A stretch of DNA of 64,000 nucleotides, from the NCBI GenBank assembly GCA_034521815.1, contig JAXHLW010000013.1, forward strand, positions 1,280,001 to 1,344,000, given 5' to 3'. Positions 31,889 through 44,200 of this stretch are shown piece after piece; position 1 is the stretch's first letter; the number at the start of each line of letters is the position of its first letter. A program made the translations under genes and the position numbers. A model generated the notes under the pieces. It was given only the letters and a program-made list of their open reading frames with translations, did not search any database and had not been told where the DNA came from. The stretch comes from Trueperaceae bacterium. GTDB lineage: Bacteria > Deinococcota > Deinococci > Deinococcales > Trueperaceae.

Positions 31889-33034
31889 TCAGTCGCCCTC
31901 GAGCACCCGCGCCGCCGCGCCGCTCGCGGCGCCGAACGGCACGTCGTGGCCCAGCTCGCGCAGGACGGACTCGAGCGTGCCGGCCAGCCCCAGCGCGTCG
32001 AACGCGTCCGCCCAGCCCAGCACCGACGGGCGGACGAGGAACGGCGCGGCCTCGTCCTGCCCCCCGGCGATGCGCACCCCGCGTCGCGCGAACGCGGCCA
32101 CCACGTCGTTCGCTGCGACGCCGTCCGGTACCCGCAGAGCGGCGACGGCGGGGCTGGCCCGCACGGCGAAGCGCGTGCAGCCTGCCGCCTCGCCCGCGGC
32201 GAGGACCGCTTCGTTCAGACGCCTGCGCCGGGCCCACAGCTGTTCGATCCCGTCCGTCAGCAGCAGCGGACGTACCGCCGCAAGCCCGGCGATCAAGCCC
32301 ACCGCCGGGGTCGTGCCGGTCTTGCCTTCGCGTTGGGCCGGCAGCTCGGCGTGCAGGTCCGCGGCGAAGCTGCGGCGCGAGACGGGAGGCTCGGCGCGAA
32401 CGCGCTCCGAAAGCCACGCGAACCCCAGCCCGGGCGGAAGCATCACGCCTTTCTGAGAGCCCGAGACCACGGCGTCGAGCCCCCACGACAGCGGCCGCAG
32501 CTCGCTCACCCCGAGGCTGGTGACGGCGTCGACCAGGATGCGCGTCTCGGGCGACCGCTCGCGGATCGCCTGCGCCTGGCGTTCGACGTCGTGCAGCACG
32601 CCGGTGCTGGTCTCGGAATGCACCAGCGTCGCTGCGGCGACGTCGGGACGAGCGCGGACGGCGTCGGCGATCTGCTCGGGCGTCGGGCTCGCGCCCCACG
32701 GCGCCACGACCTCGACGACCTCGTGACCGTGGCGCTCGGCGAGGCCGGCCCAGCGCTCGCCGAACTTGCCGGCGCGAATCGCCAGCACCGCGGCACCGGC
32801 CGGCACGCTGGCCAAGAACGCCGCCTCGAACGCGCTGGTCCCGCTGCCGGAAAGGATCGCGACGTCGTCGCCGGGAACGCACGCGAGCTCGGCCAGCAGG
32901 CCACGAGCCTCACCGAGCAGGCGCGCGAACTCGGGCGTGCGGTGGTGCAGCGGCGGCCGAGCGATCGCTTCGAGCACCTGCGGCGGTACCTCGACCGGTC
33001 CCGGCGCGGCCAGCCGCGTCTTGCGAACGCTCAC
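31889..33034 (-). CDS. Class V PLP aminotransferase (AGT/serine-pyruvate type; probable phosphoserine aminotransferase partner of serA)
   Basis: PGPV, HHRT..F, GSGT, VHSETSTGV, VDAVTSLG, GSQKG..LPPGL. Confidence 0.88.
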   Translation of the reverse strand: MSVRKTRLAAPGPVEVPPQVLEAIARPPLHHRTPEFARLLGEARGLLAELACVPGDDVAILSGSGTSAFEAAFLASVPAGAAVLAIRAGKFGERWAGLAERHGHEVVEVVAPWGASPTPEQIADAVRARPDVAAATLVHSETSTGVLHDVERQAQAIRERSPETRILVDAVTSLGVSELRPLSWGLDAVVSGSQKGVMLPPGLGFAWLSERVRAEPPVSRRSFAADLHAELPAQREGKTGTTPAVGLIAGLAAVRPLLLTDGIEQLWARRRRLNEAVLAAGEAAGCTRFAVRASPAVAALRVPDGVAANDVVAAFARRGVRIAGGQDEAAPFLVRPSVLGWADAFDALGLAGTLESVLRELGHDVPFGAASGAAARVLEGD

Positions 33035-34602
33035 AGCCGGACCAGCCGGAGACTCCGGATCACGTCGCGCATCGAGCCGAGCACCTCGAGGATCTCGTCG
33101 GGCGGCGCGGCGTCGAGCGTCAGCGCGAACATCGCCAGCCCGCCCGCTCCGACGCGACTCAGCTGCATCCCGACGATGTTCACGCCGGCGTCGCCGAGCA
33201 CCGTGCCGACCTTTCCGACCGCGCCGGGCCGGTCGACGTTCGTGCAGATCAGCATGGCGCCCTCCGGCTTGATCTCGATCGGGTAGCCGTCGATCTCGAC
33301 GATGCGCGGAACGGAGCCCAGCACGGTGCCCGCCACCTCGGTGCTGCCCTCGTCGGTTCGGACCGTGACCTGGACGAAGGTGGTGTAGCCCCGTCCCCGG
33401 GAGGCGGTGGTCTTGGCGATGCGGATGTCGCGCTCGCGTGCGATGGCGGCCGCGTTCACGTAGTTCGGCGGCTCGTCGAGGATCGGTTCCAGGAACCCCT
33501 TCGTGACCGCGATGGCGATCGGATCGGGATCACGCGGGAAGTCGCCGGCGAACTCGATCGCGATCTCGCGCACGCGCCCGCCGATCAGCTGCACGGCCGT
33601 CTTGCCCAGGATCTCGCCCAGCGCCAGATGCTGCCCGAGGTCGCGCAGCACGTCGCTGGACAGCGCCGGCGCGTTCACGACGCCGCGCGAGTAGTCGCCG
33701 CGCAACGCCTGCACCGTTCGCTCGAGGATCTCGGCGCCGACGCGTGCCTGCGCCTCACGGGTGTTCGCGCCCAGGTGCGCCGTCACCACGACGTCGTCGC
33801 GACCCACCAGCGGATGGTCCTGCGACGGCGGCTCGAGCCGGAACACGTCGAGTCCGGCGGCGAACACCTGGCCGCTGTCCAGCGCCTCGGCCAAGGCATC
33901 CTCGTCCACGATCCCGCCCCGTGCCGCGTTGACCACGATCGCGCCGCGCGGCATGCGCGCGAGCTCCTCGGCGCCGATCATGCCCAGCGTCTCCTCCGTC
34001 AGCGGCGTGTGCACGGTGAGCACGTCGGCGACGGCCAGCATCGCGTGAAGATCGTCGAACAGCTCGACGTGGAGATCGTCGGCCCGGTGACGCGAGATGT
34101 ACGGGTCGTACGCGGTCACGGTCATGCCCAGCGCCTGCGCGCGCCGCGCGACCAGCGACCCGATCCGGCCCAGGCCCACGATCGCCAGCCGAGACTCCTT
34201 GACCTCCCGGCCCAGGAACGAGCGATCCCACTGTCCGTCGCGGATCAGGCGATCGCTGCGGGCCACGCCTCGCGAGGCGGCCAGCATCAGCGCGATCGCG
34301 AGCTCCGCCGCCGAGACGTTGTTCGCCTCGGGCGCGTTCAGGACCACCACGCCGCGTCGGCTGGCCGCGTCCAGGTCGATGTTGTCCACCCCCACGCCGC
34401 CCCGTCCGATCACCTTGAGGGAGGGTGCGGCGGCCAGCAGGGCGTCGTCGACCTGCGTCCGCGACCGGGTGATGATCGCGTCGTAGTCGCCGACGATGCG
34501 GAGGAGCTCCTCGCGCCCGATCCCGGCGCGATCGTGCACCTCGACGTCGCCGTGGTCGGCGTCGCCAAGCTGAATCTTGTCGGTGACCAGAATTTTCGGC
34601 AT
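33031..34602 (-). CDS. serA: D-3-phosphoglycerate dehydrogenase with ASB and ACT domains
   Basis: GRGGVGVDNID, GLGRIG, NAARGG, HLGANT.EAQ, DRPGAVGKVGTVLG..GVNI. Confidence 0.95.
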   Translation of the reverse strand: MPKILVTDKIQLGDADHGDVEVHDRAGIGREELLRIVGDYDAIITRSRTQVDDALLAAAPSLKVIGRGGVGVDNIDLDAASRRGVVVLNAPEANNVSAAELAIALMLAASRGVARSDRLIRDGQWDRSFLGREVKESRLAIVGLGRIGSLVARRAQALGMTVTAYDPYISRHRADDLHVELFDDLHAMLAVADVLTVHTPLTEETLGMIGAEELARMPRGAIVVNAARGGIVDEDALAEALDSGQVFAAGLDVFRLEPPSQDHPLVGRDDVVVTAHLGANTREAQARVGAEILERTVQALRGDYSRGVVNAPALSSDVLRDLGQHLALGEILGKTAVQLIGGRVREIAIEFAGDFPRDPDPIAIAVTKGFLEPILDEPPNYVNAAAIARERDIRIAKTTASRGRGYTTFVQVTVRTDEGSTEVAGTVLGSVPRIVEIDGYPIEIKPEGAMLICTNVDRPGAVGKVGTVLGDAGVNIVGMQLSRVGAGGLAMFALTLDAAPPDEILEVLGSMRDVIRSLRLVRL

Positions 34603-34702
34603 GTCGAGGGATGATAGCAGCCGACGGTCGGCCGGCTCTCCGTCCACCGTCGTTCGGCGCCCGGCCGACGCCCGGTCGGGCCCCGTCAGGGCCCGCCACG
34701 CC

Positions 34703-35620
34703 TCAGTCGGCGTCGACGAACCCGTCCAGCGCGAGGCCTCCGGGAACGGGGAACGACTCGACGCCCAGCACGTCCATGGCCAGCTCGCCGCGCACCGAGA
34801 ACCCGGTAGGGATCCCGGAAAGCGCCGCGGCCATCACCCGCCGGCCCGGCTCGTCCATGAGGCTGGGATCGGGGTAGAACAGCAGGTCCAGACGACGCTC
34901 GCCCCCGGCGGGAAGCGGGACCGGCCCGACGTCCAGCCGTCCCAGCGGTCGTCCGCCCAGCGACAGCACCACGTCCTTGCCGTTCAGGAAGTAGCCGATC
35001 TCGCCGGGATTGCGTACCGTCGCGACGATCTGCACGACCGGCACCCCGGAGCGCACCTCGAACACCCTCGATTCATCGCTGAGGAACGTCAGCGCCGGCG
35101 GTGCGGCGGTCTCGCGCGGGAGCAGCGCGTCCTCGACCAGAACGGCCTCACGCGTCTCGAACGCGAAGCCCGCAGCCGAGAAGCTCACGCGGCCCTCGAG
35201 GCGGTACGGGAGCGGCACGCCGGTGAAGGCCCTCGCGACGGCGGTCAACAGCGGCCGCCTGGGCGGGAGCGCGGCGTCCACGGGGAACGACAGGGGAACG
35301 CTGCCGCTCGCGTCCAGCCACGCGCCGGGCTCCAGCGTCCCCTCGGCGACGAGGCTGTCGGCCAGCAGAACGCTGTACTCGAAGCGGTCCAGCCGGACAC
35401 CGAACGGGTTCGGGTTGCGGGCCAGCACGGCCAGCTCCAGCTGGAGCCGCTCGCCCGCTCCGGGCGGGTCGAACCGTTCCAGACGGGTCCGGCCGGGCAC
35501 GGCCTCGAACACCAGCGGGGCGACGTCCACGGTGGGACGCGCGCGCACCTCGGCGCCGGGCGCGCAGGCGGTCAGGGCCGACAGTACGGCCAGAGCGATC
35601 AGGAGCGGCAGGCGCTGCAC
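34703..35620 (-). CDS. Lipoprotein with two LEA_2/WHy-like domains
   Basis: Lipobox LTA-C; repeated RNPNPFGVRL / RNPGEIGYFL. Confidence 0.75.
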   Translation of the reverse strand: MQRLPLLIALAVLSALTACAPGAEVRARPTVDVAPLVFEAVPGRTRLERFDPPGAGERLQLELAVLARNPNPFGVRLDRFEYSVLLADSLVAEGTLEPGAWLDASGSVPLSFPVDAALPPRRPLLTAVARAFTGVPLPYRLEGRVSFSAAGFAFETREAVLVEDALLPRETAAPPALTFLSDESRVFEVRSGVPVVQIVATVRNPGEIGYFLNGKDVVLSLGGRPLGRLDVGPVPLPAGGERRLDLLFYPDPSLMDEPGRRVMAAALSGIPTGFSVRGELAMDVLGVESFPVPGGLALDGFVDAD

Positions 35621-35700
35621 CCGTCGAGTCTAGCAGGCGGCCGCACGCCGCTCGTGCTCGTGCTCGCGCTCGCGCTCGTGCTCTCGAGCGGTGGGCCTCG

Positions 35701-38118
35701 TCAGACGACCTGCCGCAGCCCGACCGCCCGGACGCGGCGCTCCAGCTCGGTCCGGAGCCGAGCCGCCCACGGAGAGCGAAGCTCGGGGTCGGCGTCGAGG
35801 ATCTGCGCGGCCAGCGCTCGGGCGCGCTCGATCAGCTCGCCGTCTCGGACCAGGTCGCCCAGCTCCAGATCGGGCAGCCCGGACTGCCGCGTGCCGCGCA
35901 GCTCGCCGGGCCCCCGTAGCTCCAGATCCTTCTCCGCGATCAGGAACCCGTCGGTGTGCTTGACGATCACCTCGAGACGCTTCTGCGTCGCGCGCGAGCG
36001 GTCGCCCGCGACCAGGATGCAGCGGCTCTCGGCGGCCCCCCGGCCCACCCTGCCGCGCAGCTGGTGCAGCTGCGCGAGTCCGAACCGCTCGGCGTTCTCG
36101 ATCACCATCACGCTGGCGTTCGGGACGTCCACACCCACCTCGACGACCGTGGTGGCGACCAGCAGATCGGTCTCGTGCGCATGGAAGCGCTGCATCACCG
36201 CCTCCTTCTCGGCCCCGCTCATCCGACCGTGCACCAGGTCGATCCGGCACGCTGCGGGGAGGAGCGCCCGCAGGTCGTCGGCCATCTCGGTCGCCGAGAC
36301 GATCTCCTGCATCGTCTCCGCCTCGCTCCGCTCGATCAGGGGCGCGACCACGAACGCCTGTCGGCCCCCGCGGATCTCGTCCCACACCTCGCGGTACACG
36401 CGGGTCCGCTGAGACGCGCCGACCAGGGTGGTCCGGATCGGGGTGCGACCCGGCGGGAGCTCGTCGATGACGGACAGCTCCAGATCGCCGTACGCGGTCA
36501 GCGCCAACGATCGCGGGATCGGCGTGGCCGACATGACCAGCACGTCGGGAAGATCGCTCAGCAGCGCCCGACGCTGCTCGACGCCGAAGCGGTGCTCCTC
36601 GTCGATGATCGCGAGGCCCAGGTCCACGAACGACACGCCTTCCTGGATCAGGGCGTGGGTACCGACCACCAGGTCGGCCTCGCCCCCGGCCACGCGAGCA
36701 CGGGCGGTACGACGATCGCCCGCGCCGTGGGCGCCGATCAGCAGCTCGGTCCGCACGCCCAACGGATGCAGGTAGCCGCGCAGGCTCTCGAAGTGCTGGC
36801 GCGCCAGGATCTCCGTCGGTGCCATCAGGGCGACCTGGCGTCCCGCGCGGATCGCCACCCAGGCGGCCGCGGCGGCGACCGCGGTCTTGCCGCTTCCCAC
36901 GTCGCCTTGCAGCAGCCGGGCCATCTGCCTGGGGCTGGCCATGTCGGCGACGATCTCGTCGCGCGCCCTCCGCTGCGCAGCCGTGAGGCGGAACGGCAGG
37001 GCGTCCTCGAAGGTGCGCAGATCCGCGTCCCGCACCTCGACGGCGCGACCGTCCGCGTCGGCACGGCGGGTGCGGAGGATTCGCAGCTCCAGGAACAGGA
37101 ACTCGTCGAAGCGAAGCCGTTTCAGCGCGCCGGCGAGGCCGTCCTCGTCGGTCGGGAAGTGCACCTGCCGCAGCGCACGGTCGAGCGGCACCAGGTCCTC
37201 CCGCTCGAGCAGCGTCCGGGGCAGGTGATCGGGGAGGGTGGGGAGCGCCTCGAGCAGGGTGTGCACGGCGCGCCGCAGGTAGTCCTGGGACAGGCCGCGG
37301 GGCGTGCGGTAGAGACCGACGATCCTGTCGGTGGACAGGCCGGCGTCCCCTTCGAGCACCTCGTGGTGCAGCGCGTGCAGCTCGCGCGCGGCCCCGCGCT
37401 CCTTGATCCTGCCCGTCACGATCACCGTGCGGCCGGGGAACAGCTGGTCCTCCAGCCACGGCTGGTTGAACCAGACGATCGTCAGCCGCTCGCCCCTGCG
37501 GTCTTGAAGAAACCCGCGCAGCACGTGCATTCCGCGGCGGGAACGCACGCCCTTGCGCCCCAGCAGCGTTCCCTGCACGGTCGCCTGGTCCTGACCGGCC
37601 AGCGCCCGGAAATCCGGAAGCGCCCTGCGGTCCTCGTACCGCCGCGGCCAGACGGCGAGCAGGTCGCGATAGCGCTCGACGCCGATCTCGGCCAGCTTGC
37701 GCGGCGCGTGCGCGGCCAGGCCCACGGCCGCCTCGGTCAGCGAGGCGTCGAGAAGCTTCGCCGCTTCCCGAGCTGCCGATCCCGACTCGGTGCGCCTTCC
37801 ATCGGTGCGCCTTCCATCGGTGGGCCTTCCAGGAGGCCCCTGCGACGCCGCGCGACCGGCCGCCTGGGCCTCGCGCTCGTCGGCCCGGAGGTCCTCCGCG
37901 TCGAGCCGCTCGAGCGCGGTACGAACCGCCTTCGCGCGGGCCTGCGCGTCGAGGTCCCCGTACCCGGCGAGCAGCCCGCGCACGTCGGCGAACGGCGCGC
38001 CGACGACGGTGACGAGCTTCTCGAGACCGCCGACGACGACGTCGTCGAGGCATCCGCCGCGCAGCTCCTGACGCAGCGGCCCCCGCAGGCGCTCCCTGAG
38101 CTCTCGGGCGCTGGGCAC
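35701..38118 (-). CDS. recG: ATP-dependent DNA helicase RecG
   Basis: [70 protein letters not shown]. Confidence 0.96.
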   Translation of the reverse strand: MPSARELRERLRGPLRQELRGGCLDDVVVGGLEKLVTVVGAPFADVRGLLAGYGDLDAQARAKAVRTALERLDAEDLRADEREAQAAGRAASQGPPGRPTDGRRTDGRRTESGSAAREAAKLLDASLTEAAVGLAAHAPRKLAEIGVERYRDLLAVWPRRYEDRRALPDFRALAGQDQATVQGTLLGRKGVRSRRGMHVLRGFLQDRRGERLTIVWFNQPWLEDQLFPGRTVIVTGRIKERGAARELHALHHEVLEGDAGLSTDRIVGLYRTPRGLSQDYLRRAVHTLLEALPTLPDHLPRTLLEREDLVPLDRALRQVHFPTDEDGLAGALKRLRFDEFLFLELRILRTRRADADGRAVEVRDADLRTFEDALPFRLTAAQRRARDEIVADMASPRQMARLLQGDVGSGKTAVAAAAAWVAIRAGRQVALMAPTEILARQHFESLRGYLHPLGVRTELLIGAHGAGDRRTARARVAGGEADLVVGTHALIQEGVSFVDLGLAIIDEEHRFGVEQRRALLSDLPDVLVMSATPIPRSLALTAYGDLELSVIDELPPGRTPIRTTLVGASQRTRVYREVWDEIRGGRQAFVVAPLIERSEAETMQEIVSATEMADDLRALLPAACRIDLVHGRMSGAEKEAVMQRFHAHETDLLVATTVVEVGVDVPNASVMVIENAERFGLAQLHQLRGRVGRGAAESRCILVAGDRSRATQKRLEVIVKHTDGFLIAEKDLELRGPGELRGTRQSGLPDLELGDLVRDGELIERARALAAQILDADPELRSPWAARLRTELERRVRAVGLRQVV

Positions 38119-38334
38119 GCGTCATCGTACCCGTGCTGCCGGTCCGCGAAATCGCGATGTGATCGTCGCGAATCGTCTAGTCTAGAGACAACGCGAACGG
38201 ACTTGCCGTCGACCGCGATGCGGACGGCCACCGGCGCACGTTCGATCCGTTCGAGCGCGCCGACCCCTCGGTACCAGCGGTTCGACGTCAGGCCGGGCGT
38301 CCCGGGACCGACGGTCTCCGGGGGAAGGAGCACT

Positions 38335-39570
<1,236 letters not shown>

Positions 39571-39586
39571 CCGCTCACCGTTCTAG

Positions 39587-39613
39587 GAGGGAGCGCGCCT
39601 CGCGCGCTCCCTC
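39587..39613 (+). terminator. Intercistronic hairpin (12-bp stem) after the binding-protein gene
   Basis: GAGGGAGCGCGC-CTC-GCGCGCTCCCTC; no U-tract. Confidence 0.55.
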
Positions 39614-39641
39614 GACCTCGCTCGATCACCGGGGGACCGCC

Positions 39642-40761
39642 ATGCGCCGTAGCGATCGTCTCACCGCCTTCCTGATGCTACTGCCCTCGATCGTGCTGCT
39701 CGGCGATCTTCGTGTACGGCTTCATCGGCCGAACCGCCTGGGTGTCGCTCACGAACTGGGGCGCGGACGCCAGTCAGGCGCTGGCGCTGAATCCGAAGCT
39801 CGAGTTCATCGGCTTCGCGAACTACGACAAGCTGTTCACCAGCCTGATCGACACGCGCTTCCGCCAAGACCTGGTCAACACCTTCTTCTTCACGATCTTC
39901 TTCCTGCTCGGCTGCCTCGTGCTCGGCCTGGGACTGGCGATCCTGCTGGACCAGAAAGTCCGCTTCGAGGGTCTCTTTCGCACCATCTTCCTATTTCCGT
40001 TCGCGCTCGCCTTCATCGTCACCGGCACCGTCTGGCGCTGGATGCTCCAGCCGCAGGGCGGCGTCAACGTCCTTCCCGAGCTGGTGGGGCTACCGCGCTT
40101 GACGTTCCCGTGGGTCACGACGAGACAGCAGATCTGGCAGTTCGACTGGAACAGCGTTCCGGCGTTCTTCGCCGGTGCGGCCGCATTGGTCTTGCTCTGG
40201 CTGGCGTGGCGCGCGTGGCGTTCGTCCAGGCGCACCCGTGCCGGCGTGCACGGCCGTCTTGGCCCTGGGCCTCGCCGGCTGGGCCCTGTCGGGCACGCCC
40301 TGGCGTCAAGCTGCTTCCCTATCCCGAGACGCACGGCTTCAACGTGGCCTTCGTCGGCATCGTTCTCGCTGCCGTATGGCAGATGTCGGGCTACACGATG
40401 GCGCTCTACCTGGCGGGCCTGCGCGGCATCCCAGAACAGCTGCGCGAGGCCGCCCGCATCGACGGCGCGTCGGAGATTCCAGGTGTATCGCCACGTGATC
40501 CTGCCGATGCTGGGGCCGATCACCCTGTCGGCGATGATCATCCTGGGTCACATCAGCCTGAAGATCTTCGACCTCATCTGGGCGATGGCCGGCGCGGACA
40601 ACGCCACCACCGACGTGCCGGCGCTGCTGATGTACCTGCGCAGCTTCCGCGCGAACCGCTTCGCGGAGGGCGCGGCGATCGCGATCGTGCTGCTGATCAT
40701 GGTCGCCACGGTGATCATTCCCTACCTCCGGGCCAGCCTGAAGGGCGAGGTGGAACGATGA
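39642..40761 (+). CDS. Sugar ABC permease 1, broken by ~4 single-base indels
   Basis: Permease segments distributed over three frames ([44 protein letters not shown]). Confidence 0.85.
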
Positions 40762-41621
40762 GCGCCGAGGCTCTCGACCTCGGAGGGCACGGACGCCCTC
40801 GCTCCTCGCGGCGCCGTTGGCGGTGGGTCGTGTACCTGCTGTTGATCATCGCGTCGCTCTTCTACCTCCTGCCCGTCTACCTGGTGGTCGTCACGGCCCT
40901 CAAGGAGCCGGCCGCCATCACGCTGGCCGACACCTGGAAGCTGCCGCAGACCTGGAACTGGGACAGTTTCCGAATCGCCTGGGAGGCGTTCGCGCCGAAG
41001 CTTCGCAACAGCTTCGTGCTGGCCGTCACCGCCACGCTGCTGTCGGCCCTGATGGGCTCGATGAACGGCTACGTCCTCTCCAAGTGGCGCTTTCCGGGAG
41101 CGAACATCGTCTTCCCGCTGATGCTGTTCGGCATGTTCATTCCCTACCAGGCGGTCCTGATCCCGCTGTTCCAGTTCCTGCGCGACATCGGCCTGTACGG
41201 CAGCCTGGCGGGCCTGATCGTGGCGCACGTCGTCTACGGCCTGCCGATCACCACCCTGATCTTCCGCAACTTCTACGCCGAGGTGCCCGACGAGATGCTC
41301 GACGCCGCCAAGATCGACGGCGCCGGCTTCTTCGGGATCTACACCCGGATCATCTTCCCGCTGTCCATCTCGGGCTTCGTGGTCGTGATCATCTGGCAGT
41401 TCACCCAGATCTGGAACGAGTTCCTGTTCGCCGTCACCCTCACCCGTCAGGAGAGCCAGCCGATCACGGTGGCGCTCGCGAACCTCGCCGGTGGCGAGGC
41501 CGTGAACTGGAACCTGCCGATGGCGGGAGCCATCCTGGCGGCGCTGCCCACGCTGCTGATCTACATCGTGCTGGGGCGCTACTTCATCCGCGGCCTGCTG
41601 GCCGGCAGCGTGAAGGGCTGA
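40758..41621 (+). CDS. Sugar ABC permease 2
   Basis: EAA-like loop [33 protein letters not shown]. Confidence 0.92.
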   Translation: MSAEALDLGGHGRPRSSRRRWRWVVYLLLIIASLFYLLPVYLVVVTALKEPAAITLADTWKLPQTWNWDSFRIAWEAFAPKLRNSFVLAVTATLLSALMGSMNGYVLSKWRFPGANIVFPLMLFGMFIPYQAVLIPLFQFLRDIGLYGSLAGLIVAHVVYGLPITTLIFRNFYAEVPDEMLDAAKIDGAGFFGIYTRIIFPLSISGFVVVIIWQFTQIWNEFLFAVTLTRQESQPITVALANLAGGEAVNWNLPMAGAILAALPTLLIYIVLGRYFIRGLLAGSVKG

Positions 41622-41688
41622 TCTCGACCGGTCCCGAAGAGCGCCGTCCGACACAGCGCCGGCCGGCCGGCCGTGGTCTGGTGGGTCC

Positions 41689-43176
41689 GTGAGTTTCGAC
41701 GACGCCGTTCGCGACCCGACCCGACGCAGCTGGATCCTGGCGGCCGCTGCGCTGGGCGCCTTCGCGGCTACCGTGATGGCGACCAGCGTGAACGTGGCGC
41801 TGCCCTCGCTGGTCCGGGCGTTCGACGCACCGTTCGCGCTGGTGCAGTGGGTGGTGCTCGCGTACCTGCTGGCCACCGCGGCGCTGCTGCCGATCGTGGG
41901 CCGACTGGCCGACATGCTGGGCAAGCGGGTCATCTTCGCGGCCGGCTTCGTGATCATCGCCGTCGCCTCGCTGGCCACCGGCGCCGCACCCAACCTGCCC
42001 GCCCTGATCGCGTTTCGGCTGCTTCACGGGGTCGGCGCGGCTGTCCTGACCGGCGTGGGCCTGGCGATCGTGACGGACGTCTTCCCCGCCGAGGAGCGCG
42101 GCCGCGCGATCGGCATCAACGGCGCGGTGCTGTCGGCCGGCATCGTCCTGGGCCCCGCGCTGGGCGGCCTGCTGGTCGAGGTGGGCTGGCGCTGGGTGTT
42201 CCTGATGGGGGTGCCCGTGGGCGCGGTCGGAGCCGCCCTCGCGTGGTGGTTCGTGCCCAGCTACGAGCGCGGGGCCGCACAGCGCTTCGACCTGCCCGGG
42301 GCCGCCGTCCTGACCGGGATGCTGACCGCGTTGTCGTTGGCGCTGACGATGGGGCAGAATCGCGGCTTCGACGATCCGCTCATCGTGACCGGCTTCGCCG
42401 CCGCCGCTCTGGCGCTCCCCCTGTTCGTCTGGATCGAGCGTCGCTCGCCCCATCCGGTCGTGGACCTCGCGATGTTCGCCGACCTGCGCCTGACGCTCGG
42501 GCTGGCCATCGGCCTGACCGTGTTCGTGTCGATCGCGGGGACGATCTTCGTCATGCCGTTCTACCTGGAGAACGTGCTCGGGCTCGCGCCGGGAAACGTC
42601 GGCCTGTTGATGTCGGTCACGCCGATCCTGCTGGTGATCATCGCCCCCATCGCCGGCCGCCTGGCCGACCGGCACGGCGAGCGGATCGTGACGCTGGTGG
42701 GGCTGGCCTGCGCGCTGCTGGGGTTCGCTCTGGTGGGAACGTTGTCCGCGGACACGACTCCGCTGGGGTTCGTCCTTCGGTTCGTACCGGTCGGGATCGG
42801 GATGGGAACGTTTCAGACCCCGAACAACAGCGCGATCATGGGCGCGGCGCCGCCCGGCCGCTCCGGTGTGGCGGGCGGGCTCCTCGGCCTGACGCGCGCC
42901 CTGGGCCAGACCGCCGGGATCGCGGTCCTGGGCAGCCTCTGGGCGGCGCGGGCCGCCGCCCGCGCGGGCGATCTCGTCGGGATCGAGGGGAGCTCGGCTC
43001 CGATCGCGGCCCAGGTGGGCGGCCTGCACGACATGATGCGGGTCGTTCAGCTGTTGATCCTGGCCGCCCTGGCGCTCGGGGCGTGGGACCTGCTCCGGCG
43101 CGGGAGCCGGCGGCCCGAGGCCGCGGCCGAGTCGGCCACCGAGTCGGCGGCCGAGAGCGCGCAGAGCCGCGCCTGA
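41689..43176 (+). CDS. MFS DHA2 (EmrB/QacA-type, 14-TM) transporter
   Basis: VNVALP, GRLADMLGKR, FPAEERGRAIG, GPALGG...WRWVF, TPNNSAIMG. Confidence 0.9.
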   Translation: MSFDDAVRDPTRRSWILAAAALGAFAATVMATSVNVALPSLVRAFDAPFALVQWVVLAYLLATAALLPIVGRLADMLGKRVIFAAGFVIIAVASLATGAAPNLPALIAFRLLHGVGAAVLTGVGLAIVTDVFPAEERGRAIGINGAVLSAGIVLGPALGGLLVEVGWRWVFLMGVPVGAVGAALAWWFVPSYERGAAQRFDLPGAAVLTGMLTALSLALTMGQNRGFDDPLIVTGFAAAALALPLFVWIERRSPHPVVDLAMFADLRLTLGLAIGLTVFVSIAGTIFVMPFYLENVLGLAPGNVGLLMSVTPILLVIIAPIAGRLADRHGERIVTLVGLACALLGFALVGTLSADTTPLGFVLRFVPVGIGMGTFQTPNNSAIMGAAPPGRSGVAGGLLGLTRALGQTAGIAVLGSLWAARAAARAGDLVGIEGSSAPIAAQVGGLHDMMRVVQLLILAALALGAWDLLRRGSRRPEAAAESATESAAESAQSRA

Positions 43177-43334
43177 ACGAGATCGCCGAACGTCGGCGCG
43201 CCAGCCCACGGCCCCCCTCGCACGGCCGCACCGGAGCGGCGCACGCCTTGTGAAGTCATACGACAACGTGTATCTTCGTTCGTGCAGCGATCGGCGTGCG
43301 CCGATCGCACGAGCCCCCGGAAAGCGAGGTATCC

Positions 43335-44084
43335 ATGCAGCGACTCCTGCTCCTCCTCACCGTTCTGGTCCTCGGGTTCGCCACGGCCCAAACCGACTTG
43401 GGCGGCCGCGAGCTCGACGTCGGCAGCGACACCACCTACCCGCCGTTCGAGACCGTCACCGCCGAGGGCGAGATCGTCGGCTTCGACGTCGACGTCGTGA
43501 ACGCGATCTGCGACGTGATCGGCTGCGTGCCGACGTTCGTCACCACCGCCTGGGACGGCATCTTCCCCGCCCTGGCGGCGGGCGAGTTCGACATGGTCGC
43601 CTCCGGCGTCTCCATCACCGACGAGCGCGACGAGATCGTCGACTTCAGCGATCCGTACCTGGTGGTCGGCCAGTCGATCACCACCCGGGTCGAGGACGCC
43701 ACCCTGCGGCAGGACGACTTCACCAGCGAGGACAGCTCCCTGATCCTCGGCGCCCAGCTGGGCACGACGAACGCGCAGCTCGGCGAAGAGCTGGTGGGCG
43801 ACGATCGCCTGCGCCTGTACGACACCTTCAACGCGGCCGTCCTGGCCCTGCTGAACGGCGACGTCGACGGCGTGATCATCGACGGCGTCACCGCCGACGC
43901 GTTCGTGCAGCAGTACGCCGGCGATCTGGTGGTCGAGATCCGCGGCCTCACCAGCGATCCCCTCGGCCTGGTGTTCCAGGAGGGCGATCCGCTCCAGGAC
44001 GCGTTCAACGAAGGCCTGGCCGCGATCCGGGCGGACGGCACGTGGGACGAGCTCGTGCTGAAGTGGTTCGCCGGCGAAGAGTGA
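43335..44084 (+). CDS. Polar amino acid ABC substrate-binding protein
   Basis: Signal peptide; DTTYPPFE, GFDVD, WDGIFPAL, SITDER...DFSDPY, GAQLGTT. Confidence 0.92.
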   Translation: MQRLLLLLTVLVLGFATAQTDLGGRELDVGSDTTYPPFETVTAEGEIVGFDVDVVNAICDVIGCVPTFVTTAWDGIFPALAAGEFDMVASGVSITDERDEIVDFSDPYLVVGQSITTRVEDATLRQDDFTSEDSSLILGAQLGTTNAQLGEELVGDDRLRLYDTFNAAVLALLNGDVDGVIIDGVTADAFVQQYAGDLVVEIRGLTSDPLGLVFQEGDPLQDAFNEGLAAIRADGTWDELVLKWFAGEE

Positions 44085-44200
44085 GGGCGAACGGGCGTTC
44101 GCCCGCGATCCCTTCCACGGCCCATACGCCTTAGCCGCCCCCGGGGGCCGGGACCGGTCCCGGCCCCCGACCTCGTGCACGCCGTGCCGCGGAGGTCTTC

